Shown here piece by piece: positions 12,951-22,260 of a stretch of 64,000 nucleotides of DNA. The notes beneath the pieces were generated by a model, which ran no database searches, had not been told where the DNA came from, and saw only the letters and a program-made list of their open reading frames with translations. The DNA is from Isurus oxyrinchus (taxonomy: Eukaryota). Made by a program: the position numbers and the translations under genes. Each line of letters begins with the position of its first letter. Within the stretch, counting starts at the first letter, position 1. The DNA lies in contig JANJGN010000038.1 in assembly GCA_026770705.1 (NCBI GenBank), positions 7,626,001-7,690,000 on the forward strand, given 5' to 3'.

Positions 12951-15726
12951 TATTGGATCTTTTGGGCTCTCTCACTGCGATATGAAAACAGTACATTGCT
13001 GTCGTGTCATTCGTTGCCACAGAACGTTCCTTGGCTAACCAGTAAGAATAAGAAACTAGTTACACAGCGGCACAAGACAAATGGGTAGATACGATTCGAA
13101 AATGGATGAAGAATGAGATTTACTTCGGGAAGATAAAAAAAAACACAGGGGTAAACACGGGGTTTGTCTCGACTGAAAATAAAATACTTTCATAGAGATT
13201 GAATGTTAGAAGGGCATAGTGTGGAGGAGTTCAAATATGAGAACGTTAAGTTGAAATTGAAAAAAAAACTAAAAAGAATTGCAAATGGTAATTGATGGCA
13301 CATAGCCTAAAATAGTGATAACAGGCAAAGAGCAGATGATTTGTAGAGAAACGTCCAACTATCTTCGGACTGAACCTGTGCCAGACACATGGAGTGTTAG
13401 CAATGCAGTTTAATTATTTGAGCAGTGGTAAAGGAATACACAGGATACGGGTGGAGCAAATAATGCTAAGTCATGTTCTGGAGTCATAAATCTGAAGGAA
13501 ATTACCGCTATTCATGGGCCTGAATGTGTTGGAGTGAAATGTGCAAACAAACGTTCTTCAGACATGTCGGGGAGATAACATGGGTAAAGTTGAGAAGTGT
13601 TTGTATAGGAGATTAGATAGGCAGCCGAAAAAATGGAAAATACAAAGAAAAATAAAATGCATCACAAATTACATTTAACGACAATGTACAAAACTGGGTA
13701 AAAATTGATATATGTCTGCAAAAATAAAAGAAGGAGGGCTGAAATGTGTTTGAGGAAGTGAAAAAAATAATCAGCTGCATAATTCTCGTCAATGCAAGTC
13801 TTAAATTCACAATCCTTTGCCAAGTTGAAAAAAATATATAAAATGATTTCCCTCTGATTTTGGGAATGTGAATATTATTGAAGTATATACTAAAACCAAA
13901 GTTTTACCTGCTGATTTGTCAGTAAAGGCAAGGAATGATATTAAGCCACAAAACCTTCTTTTCCAATTTCAGGGAACTGTGTTCAGCATTTGATATTCCT
14001 CGTTACACTCTCCGACAAAGGTTTCAGAACATTTTTATGTCAATAAATTAATGCTTGCTTAAATGCGCGGACAGACTAAGCGGTTGGTCCTGTAACAGCT
14101 CAAGTGAAAGGTGATAGTTTTAACATGGTTTAAATTGGGGAGCATGTGTTGCAGAGAGAAAGAATTCTATGGGTGGAACAACCTGTATGACACCAGGTAA
14201 TAGAAGCAATACCAGTTTACCACCGCACATTTTATTTTTCAGCTTTCATAGAATGTTACACTTTTCAATTAATGACTGTTCCATCTCTGCAGCGATTCCC
14301 TTCAACTTCAGCAATGCTCCTATTCCAGTCTGCATCTCACCCTTCCTTTTCTGTCTTAACGGTCTAAAAGTTCATCTTTGCCGATGCGCAAACCAGGCAG
14401 AAGCGGATCGGCAGCTATTATGCGCAGTGCCTGATGTAACGCCCATTGAAATCAGTGAAACATAATATCAGACGCTACTTTAAACAGGCGGCCGAGCCAA
14501 AACCGCTCCTTTTTACACTACCATCAGAGATTTCAAGGCTGCATATCCCAAATTACTAAATTTATTCTTCAAATAAAATAAGGCAGTGAACGGTATAACA
14601 TACCAAGTGTGAGAAAAGACCACCATACTCAATGAAGCTTTGAATATAGGGGAGCGGAGCTCTTATTTTATTCCATGCTTAGAATTTAAAAGAGAATATA
14701 ATTTGAACATTGTAACCCGCTGTTATTTCAAAGCTCTCTGCTGTTCATCCGAATCATAGACAGAGAGAGCCACTATCAGCTAAAGTACCGATCTGGGAGA
14801 CTGGCTTCCATGGAAACATAATTCCCATAGAATTGCAGTCCAGGGGTGAAATTAGTTGTCGTTGGTAATACAACACCAACTGATAGCGAATCGGGAGTCA
14901 GTGTTTCACCTTATACGGTCTACTTTCCACTGAGTTTCACAGAATCACATTTCAATCTCTTTTAGGAAACTCGACTGGTTTCACTGCCGTTTTTCCTTCA
15001 TGAGAAATTAAAACCATGATATTGTAGTCCACGTCAATCGAGAAGGGGAAAGCCAGCACTTGTAAAATAGGTTTCGGAATCTCTAATGCACCTTTAACGC
15101 CACTGGGACAGACCAGTGTCATGCCCAGTGAGTCACTTTCTCGGTCACTGACTTATGCCCTTAAGTCAAAAGTCTCGAATCCACAGGTGCGAATGGACAA
15201 CAGATTTTCAGCGAGTATGCCGATATTAACGTAACTCTTTGTCATAGAGAACGATAAAGGTTTTAGAGGGAGTAATAAATCGTAAGCTGTGTTTTATAAA
15301 ATGAAAGGACGCATTATTTGCTTCCCGAAGTCATTCCTCACTGCAAATTTGCATTAATTATTCGGATTAGAAATGTTGTCTCTCTAATTTATGAAGGAAC
15401 AGATCAGTAAGGTGGAACTTTGCAAATTTGGTTCCGTTTTAAGTATTTTAAAAAATCACCATCTTTCTTAATAACTATCTTAAGTGTTATGTGACAGATA
15501 AGTTATATACCTCAAACCAATTTCACTGTTTTCTCGAATAAAATACCTTTTGAAATAACAAAGCCCTAAGTCCGATCTAAGTTGACCGTCAGTCAATCTA
15601 ATCAGGTCCTGGAAAGGAGCTGCGAACATCACAAACCTGCTTCAGCCGATTTGAAGGAGGACATTGATTATTCTTATCCTGTATGCACAAAATCTTAGTG
15701 ACAAAGTAGAAAGAAAGGTCACTTAC

Positions 15727-15776
15727 CAGAGTTCACAGTCAGCACCGTGCCAGCCCCATCGTAGTAGCAATTTGTA
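15727..15776 (-). CDS. IgNAR: IgNAR J segment (TNCYYDGAGTVLTVNS-G)
   Basis: YYDGAGTVLTVN is the VNAR FR4 motif; donor GTAAGT follows at 15726-15721; phase 1 joins C1 in frame; 23-RSS abuts the 5' end. Confidence 0.97.
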
Positions 15777-15815
15777 CACAGTCATTCAGCTCCCAGTCAG
15801 CCTAGCACAAAAAGT
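15777..15815 (+). other. J 23-RSS
   Basis: CACAGTC, 23-nt spacer, ACAAAAAGT. Confidence 0.95.
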
Positions 15816-16130
15816 CTCAACGAAGAATAATTTGGTAATAAATATCCCAAAGCAAGACGGATCCAAGAATATTTTGCATACTTTTTATTCCTTAATAAAT
15901 CTTTATTTTTTGTCAGTTTCTCTTCATGCCGATAGTTCTCATGAGCAATGTGAATTTTTGTAACATTGTAAAAGACAATCCAGTGTTTCAATGTTACTGG
16001 CAATGCGGATAGATTCCAACCAAAAGCCAGTCAGGAAGTGATTTCAACCTCTGTGCAGCAAGAGATCAAGTGTAAGAAAGTAGATTATTCAACCACATTC
16101 ATGAGCAGTAAAGTAAATAACTGTCAGGGA

Positions 16131-16158
16131 GGTTTATGCTGTGGCCCGAGTCACTGTG
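16131..16158 (-). other. D3 3' 12-RSS
   Basis: CACAGTG, 12-nt spacer, GCATAAACC. Confidence 0.92.
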
Positions 16159-16170
16159 TCATAGCAGTTA
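16159..16170 (-). CDS. IgNAR: IgNAR D3 segment TAACTGCTATGA (frame 2 NCY, frame 3 TAM, frame 1 stops)
   Basis: 12-nt core between two 12-RSSs, at the expected position before J. Confidence 0.85.
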
Positions 16171-16198
16171 CACATCAGTTCATCCCAACACAATAAAT
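16171..16198 (+). other. D3 5' 12-RSS (degenerate heptamer)
   Basis: CACATCA, 12-nt spacer, ACAATAAAT. Confidence 0.75.
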
Positions 16199-16513
16199 CC
16201 ATTCTCCAAAACTTTACAATAAATCCTTCAGGTATTCAAAAAATTGATTGAAAAATGTAGTAAATCGTTGCCTTTATGTTAGGATCCCTTAGATGTCTAT
16301 AATTCTCACCCACTTGAAAAATCCTGGCGAATCTAAAGTGTTCCATTATGAAGATGACAATTATAAAATTTATAAAATAACCACCTAAATAGCTAGAAAA
16401 AAGCCTTTAATATACTAGACACTGTCTGACGAAGATAATAAATATTTAGTCATGAGATATCTTAGCCACTCAGAAAGTGCTATCTGTTCGCTTTGCCTTA
16501 AGAGGTGTGGGGA

Positions 16514-16551
16514 AGTTTGTGTATTATGCGAATCCAGGATTCATCACTGTG
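16514..16551 (-). other. D2 3' 23-class RSS (22-nt spacer)
   Basis: CACAGTG, 22-nt spacer, ACACAAACT. Confidence 0.92.
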
Positions 16552-16571
16552 GCCCATCGTCACACCAGTCA
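16552..16571 (-). CDS. IgNAR: IgNAR D2 segment TGACTGGTGTGACGATGGGC (frame 2 DWCDDG, frame 3 TGVTMG, frame 1 stops)
   Basis: 20-nt core flanked by a 5' 12-RSS and a 3' 22/23-RSS. Confidence 0.92.
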
Positions 16572-16599
16572 CACAGTCATAGAGATCAGTGCAAAAAGG
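16572..16599 (+). other. D2 5' 12-RSS
   Basis: CACAGTC, 12-nt spacer, GCAAAAAGG. Confidence 0.92.
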
Positions 16600-16788
16600 T
16601 CGCACGTGCAGTAATTCAACGCTCTCAGTTTTGATGTAAACAGCAATCTGCATACACAACACAACATTGTTCTTTTAAGCCTTTTATAACTAAACCCCTC
16701 CCCATCACTGAGAAACCAAAAACTTGCTGCTAAACCCGTTGAGATATGATGACTTTGTTCTCACTTTTAAAACACAATCTCTGCTGGT

Positions 16789-16827
16789 AGTTTGTGTATT
16801 ACGGGAACCGTCTTCTCGATTGCTGTG
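16789..16827 (-). other. D1 3' 23-RSS
   Basis: CACAGCA, 23-nt spacer, ACACAAACT. Confidence 0.9.
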
Positions 16828-16843
16828 GCAGCTATCGTATGTA
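16828..16843 (-). CDS. IgNAR: IgNAR D1 segment TACATACGATAGCTGC (frame 2 TYDSC, frame 3 HTIAA, frame 1 stop)
   Basis: 16-nt core flanked by a 5' 12-RSS and a 3' 23-RSS. Confidence 0.9.
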
Positions 16844-16871
16844 CACAGTGGTACAGCCCAGTGCACAAATA
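16844..16871 (+). other. D1 5' 12-RSS
   Basis: CACAGTG, 12-nt spacer, GCACAAATA. Confidence 0.88.
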
Positions 16872-17061
16872 GGTTCACATGCGGGGCTGTACATTGAACA
16901 ACCGCACTTCAAATCCTCATTCTCACTGCGGAGATTTCTGATCTTGAAAATATCACCAGTTATTTACACAACTCCGCCGGTCTCAGATGGGAATCTGTGA
17001 GTGCAACGTTTGAGCGAAAAAACGAAGCAGTTCCTATTTTAATCACCAGAAGATCCGAGGG

Positions 17062-17099
17062 TGTTCTTGTATGAGCAGAAGTTCAAACTCATTACTGTG
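17062..17099 (-). other. V 3' 23-class RSS (22-nt spacer)
   Basis: CACAGTA, 22-nt spacer, ACAAGAACA, directly after ...YCKAET. Confidence 0.92.
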
Positions 17100-17371
17100 A
17101 GTTTCAGCTTTGCAGTAAAACGTGACACTGTCTTCAACTGTCAGGTCATTGATTCGCAGGGAAAATGATTTGCTTCCCTTGTTGACTGATTCAACATATC
17201 GGCCGCCAATGGTTATCCGTTCCCAATCTGTTGATCCCGGGTTTTTCCGGAACCATGATGTAGAGTGCAAGCTACAGCAAGTATCCTTTAGGACGCAGTT
17301 GATTGTCAGGGAATCGCCTGTCTCTTTCGTTGCCGTTCTTGGTGTTTGGTCCACTCTAACACTGAAGGTAC
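17100..17371 (-). CDS. IgNAR: IgNAR V exon (VNAR), germline and unrearranged
   Basis: Acceptor ttttctccattcag. (S)[90 protein letters not shown], with canonical C22, W36, C83 and the short FR2/CDR2 region characteristic of VNAR; no stops. Confidence 0.98.
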
Positions 17372-17513
17372 CTGAATGGAGAAAATATATTAAATAACTT
17401 GCGGGTCTGAAACAATGAAAACATTTAAAGGCAAAGGCAAATTACACAACACGGGCGCAGCCACACTAATTTATCCAGTTACTGTACATTCTTTTTTAGC
17501 GAACAGCACTTAC

Positions 17514-17556
17514 TTGGTAACCAGGTTAAAAGGAGCGAAAGGCAGAAAATATTCAT
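17514..17556 (-). CDS. IgNAR: IgNAR leader (signal peptide) exon MNIFCLSLLLTWLP
   Basis: ATG at 17556-17554 in an acaATGa context, hydrophobic core, phase-1 donor gtaagt; a 142-nt intron joins it in frame to V. Confidence 0.95.
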
Positions 17557-17649
17557 TGTTTCTTCACCAGTGTGGAAAACATAAGCAGAACGAACTCTAG
17601 ACCTCAACATCAACTGTTCTGTGTAACGGTGTGTAGCAGAGCACCGACC

Positions 17650-17690
17650 TTATAAACATCAAGAGGATGGGCGGATTTGCATAGGGCGGA
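17650..17690 (-). promoter_or_regulatory. IgNAR V promoter: octamer ATGCAAAT (17682-17675) between two GC boxes, and TATA-like TTTATAA (17656-17650)
   Basis: Plus strand GGGCGG-ATTTGCAT-A-GGGCGG at 17669-17689, about 120 bp upstream of the ATG and about 20 bp upstream of the TATA-like box. Confidence 0.8.
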
Positions 17691-17884
17691 GTGATAGACC
17701 ATTAGCAATGTGGTTAGCTTAGTGTTTGCGATAGGTTAGGTTATGACTTCTATGTCCACAGTCACAGTCACACTAGTCGAATCTGCATCCAATTAATGTG
17801 GACAGATCGGCTGACTAAAAATGAAGATACTTCACGGTCACAATGTTCAGCTTGGTTCCATACACGCTGATTGCTTTTCATATT

Positions 17885-18250
17885 ATTTTGTTTGTTTTAA
17901 TTGTACTTTCATGGGGTGTGGGCTTCGCTGGCAAGGCCATCATTGGTGAACAATTACTATTTGTGCTTGTGAAGGTGGCTCCTTGAATCTCAGCAGTCCA
18001 TCTTATGCAGGTATACACACACTGCTGTTAGCAACAAATTTACAGGACATTGATTCAGCCACAGTGAATGCATGGCGATATAGTTTCAAGTCAGGATGTT
18101 GTGGGGCTTGGACCTACGACCTGCCGGTCGTAGTGTTATCATGCTTTTGATGTATATTGTTGTCTTCAAAATGGTAGATGTGGAATGTTTGGAAGGTGCT
18201 TTCGATGGAGACTTGGTGAATCACTGTAGTTCATCTTGCATATTGTAAAC
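17885..18250 (-). mobile_element. 3' end of a LINE of the same family as 47980-48500
   Basis: ttcatggggtgtgggcttcgctggcaaggcc...cagcagtccat...acagtgaatgcatggcgatatagtttcaagtcagg is the reverse complement of the 48240-48490 tail. Confidence 0.7.
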
Positions 18251-18699
18251 GTACATGTTTAACAATTGGCGATGCATTAGTGTTAGATTGATAATGATAT
18301 CCATGTCTAAATGTCAGCTTTGTGCACCGAATGAAATAAACAGCTCTCACTGAAATAACGTCTAATGGAACAGTCATGCCTTTAATGTGACAAATCTATT
18401 GACCTACCAGTGATAAACAAAGACCGCATTCTTGGTTTGAGCTGTGTTCATGCAAGAAACCTTCCTTGTTTTCCTTTTTTTTTGCTGTGATATTTCGACT
18501 TTTGGTCATGTACAGTTACGCACGCGAAGCTTAAGAAAGCCTTTGATAGGACAGTACTGGAGAATTATGGAAAGATTAAGGAAAAGAGTGCAGATCAATT
18601 AAAATGCATCACAGCAAGGCCAACAGGGATATCAATATAATCATTGTTGTTGGAAATGGGTAAAACGCTAGCACATGATTCTGTTCTCTGGGCATGTTT

Positions 18700-19500
18700 G
18701 TTCACCCCGTAATTCAGTGATATTATTGTGGTTCCCGCTCCAAAATCCCTTTCTTAGCTACTGACTCCAACTAATTCCCCGGCAGCAGGCTCTGTTCATG
18801 GCAGTCTCTTTGCAACCTCGATGTCGTATTTGATGCGGCAAAGAGCTTCCGACTTCATAATCACATCATATCTAAGATGCACTATTTCCACCCCCATAAC
18901 ATCACTTGACTTCGCCCCTGTCTCAGCTCACCCTTGGCTCTTTTCTTCGTTACCTCTAGATTCAATTATTCCAACGCACTCCTGCCTCCCATATTCTACC
19001 CACTGTAAACTTGAAGTCATGTAAAACTCTGCTGCCCTCATTTTATCTCACAGCAAGTCCCACTCACCCATAATCTCTTTGCTCACAGACTGACATTTAC
19101 TTCTGGGCAAGCAACCTTTGATTTTAATATTATAATCCTTGTTTTCATAAGCCTCCATAGCCTTGCCCATTTCTATATCTATAATTTGCTCCAAGCACAA
19201 AAACCCTACAAGAGATCTATGCCTTTATTTCTGGCCTCTTGTACACTCCAAACTTTAATTGCTCCACAGCTGGTGGCCGTGTCTTCAACTGTCTCGAACA
19301 CAAACTCTGAGATGCAGTCCTTACAGCTCTCAGCCTCTCTGCCTCGCTTTCTCCATTTAAGGCATTCATTAAACTACCTGTTTGTCGAAGCTTTTGGCAA
19401 TCAGACCCAATATCTCCTTATGTGCCTTGGTGTCATTCTTTATTTAATAATTCACACAGGGAAACCCCATAGGCCAATGAAAGGCGCTACATTTGATTTT
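18700..19500 (+). mobile_element. ancient L2-like LINE 3' fragment
   Basis: ttacctctagattcaattattccaacgcactcctg...aaactctgctgccc... is paralogous to 9690-10130. Confidence 0.6.
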
Positions 19501-21449
19501 ATTAGTTTTGTTGTTATAGCTGTGAGGAGAGTTTTCCGAATGGTGAACGCAACATAAGAAACACTTCTTAATATTTGGAAAACGAAACGGAGTTGGGTAA
19601 TATGCGGGGAAGTGCTAATAAGTGGCAGGGGACAGTCAATGCCAATAACATTGAGAAGGCGCTGGAAATGGTACTCTGAAAGAAAATTAGTTCAGTTTTG
19701 TGGAAGAGCAGAGAGTTTATGCAATTTTGGCTCTCCAATATGATATGGACGTTTAAATATTGTGCCAAACATTTTTTGTTGCCTCATTCATTCACAGGAC
19801 GCCTCTGGTAAAACTAATATTTATTTACTGTCCCTAATTGCCCTTTGGAAGTGGTGGTGAGCATCTTTCCTGACAAGAATGACTTACTTGATAATTTTAG
19901 AGAGCAGACAAAAGCCAGTTACATGGTTAGGCATTTGGGTTTTTGTGTATGTGAGACCGGGTGAGAACATAATGGGAATTAGAAAACGAAAGGGCCGTCC
20001 TCTAAAAGAATCCGGTAATTTCATCTCAACATTGCTGACTGTAGCATTTTATTTGCAGATTTATTAAATTTACTGAATGTTAATTCCAAAGCTGCTGTTT
20101 TGGTATTTTTACTCATGTTCCTATACTATTAGGCGAGCTTGAAGGTTATTTCTTCTGTAGCTTAATCACTCTGCTGCTATTCTTGATGACTAGAACGATG
20201 CCAGTTATGACGATATGTAAATATGAATAAAAAAACTATAAGCTTGGTCATTTTTTTAAAGAAAGCTTTCATTAAGAGTAGATAAAGCAAACTGTTTAAA
20301 ACGTCAACGAATTGGTCAGGGTAGATAGATGGGAGCAGGACGTTATTAATGGTTAAGTGATCAAGGAGAGGACAATATTAAAATTGAGGGATTTTAAACA
20401 GTAATCGAGTGAAACGTCTTCATACAGAAAGTTGTTGGGCTGCGGGATTTACGAGCAAGTATAATGTTTGATTCATGAACTATGTGAACCTGTATGATTA
20501 GTCTGGAAGGCGTTTGGAGTTGACGCCACTTTCTCATCTCGTAAACAGAGCTCAAGGAGCCAGGTGCATTGCCTTTGACAGATAGAAATGTGCATTACCC
20601 CTTAAAAAGCACAAAGCCATGTTCATGTGGACTCATCCCTTGAAAGCAGGAAATAGTACTCTTTTAGCCCTCCAATAGTCGAGCCTATCGGCATTCATGG
20701 GAAGAGTAACTGTAAGATCAAAGGTGCAAGTTTCAAAGAATGTGCTTCCCTCCGGTACCCTTCCCGCAAGGCTTTGTAACTCAAATCGTCATAACTGAAC
20801 TGCCCTCTCATAATTTTAGATCATTAATATCGACGGGCGGTAAATCACCGTCCGGATGTACTTTGATACAAACCTGCCAATAATCTCCCGAACCATCAAC
20901 ATCCCAATGATTTGTGATTCATAATTGTTAGAACGTGGGCCTTATAATTCGATTCACGCAAGCGCAATGCCCATATGATCAACGAATTTCCACGTACTTG
21001 GGGCTTGCTGTCCTTAACTTGGTCATATACATAAGCTGGCAATATGATAGTGTTAATGGGCATGGATGAAGTTCATATTATGAAAACAGTGTCGGTTTGA
21101 TAATAACTGATAGGTGAACTGTACTATTTCTAATTGCTGGTACCATGAGCATTGCAGTTGACGTTAATATTTGCATATTAATGTTGATGGCGTTTGGAAA
21201 CCAATATTTAGAGCATCGGGAAGCCATTTTCATTCGCAGAGATTTTAATTGGTTTAATTTAAGCATATGATAACCCAATAATGAAATGGAATGATGGGCA
21301 TTTAAGGGATCCTAGTATGTCACACTGTTTTCTTCTTGCCCAGTTTCAATTATTAACCATCTGCTGTATATGTGGCAGCCACAACATGTTACATGGAGTG
21401 TATTCCGTGCTACATACAGACTGAGATTGTAATGTAGCTTCCAGAAGAT

Positions 21450-22260
21450 AAATAGAAACATAGAAAAATAGAAGCAAGGAGCTGGAATAGGCCATTCAGT
21501 CCATCAAGACTGCTCTGCCTTTCATTATGATCATGGTTGATTATCCAACTCAATAGCCTGCTTCTGCTTTCTCCTCACACCCTTTGAACCCTTTCGCCCC
21601 AGGAGCTATATCTAACTCCTTGAAAGCACACAAATGTTTTGGTCTCAACTACTTACTGTGGTAATGAATTCCACAGGCTCACCACTCTCTGTGTGAACAA
21701 ATTTCTCCTCATCTCAGGCCTAAATGGTCTACACCACATCCTCGGACTGTGACCCCTAGCTCTGGACTCCCCCACCATCGGAAACATTCTTCCTGCATCT
21801 ACCCTGTCTAGTCCTCTTAGAATTTTATAAGTTTCTATGAGATCTCCCCTCCTTCTTCTGAACTCCAGTGAATATAATCCTAATCGACTCAACCTCTCCT
21901 CAAATGTCAGTCTCGCCATACCAGGATTCATTCGGGCAAATCATCGCTGCACTCCTTCTATAGCAAGTACATCCTTATTCAGATAAGGAGACCAAAATTA
22001 AACACAATATTCGAGATGTGGTCTCACCAAGGCCCTGTACAATTGCAGCTATACATCCCTGCTCCTGTACTCGAATCCTCTCGGTATGCAGGCCAACATG
22101 CCATTTTCTTTCTTTACTGCCTGCTGCACCTGCATCCTTACCTTCAGCGACTGGTGTGCAAGGATCCCCAGGTATCGTTGCAAATTCCCCTCTCTCAATT
22201 TATAGCCATTCAGATAATAATCTGCCTTCCTGTTTTTGCTACCAAAATGGATAATTTCAC
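21450..22260 (-). mobile_element. CR1 LINE 3' end
   Basis: ORF 21653-21931 (LGLYSLEFRRRRGDLIETYKILRGLDRVD...RVVSLWNSLPQ); atagaaacatagaaa tail. Confidence 0.9.

Noticed and set aside
3423-15726. Hinge micro-exon candidates (for example near 10952, 11350, 13125-13172, 13908)
   Set aside because: Each has a weak acceptor or donor, the wrong phase or an in-frame stop; none is supportable without cDNA.
17071-17092. ATGAG...CTCAT inverted ends of the V RSS spacer
   Set aside because: Only a 5-bp stem and not seen in the other spacers; probably chance.
17043-17099. C-terminal extension [18 protein letters not shown] of the V ORF
   Set aside because: Read-through of the RSS, not coding sequence.
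15727-17371. Interpretation as a NAR-TCR V cluster
   Set aside because: J splices in phase to recognisable IgNAR C1 and C2 exons; no supporting TCR-delta V was seen between J and C1.
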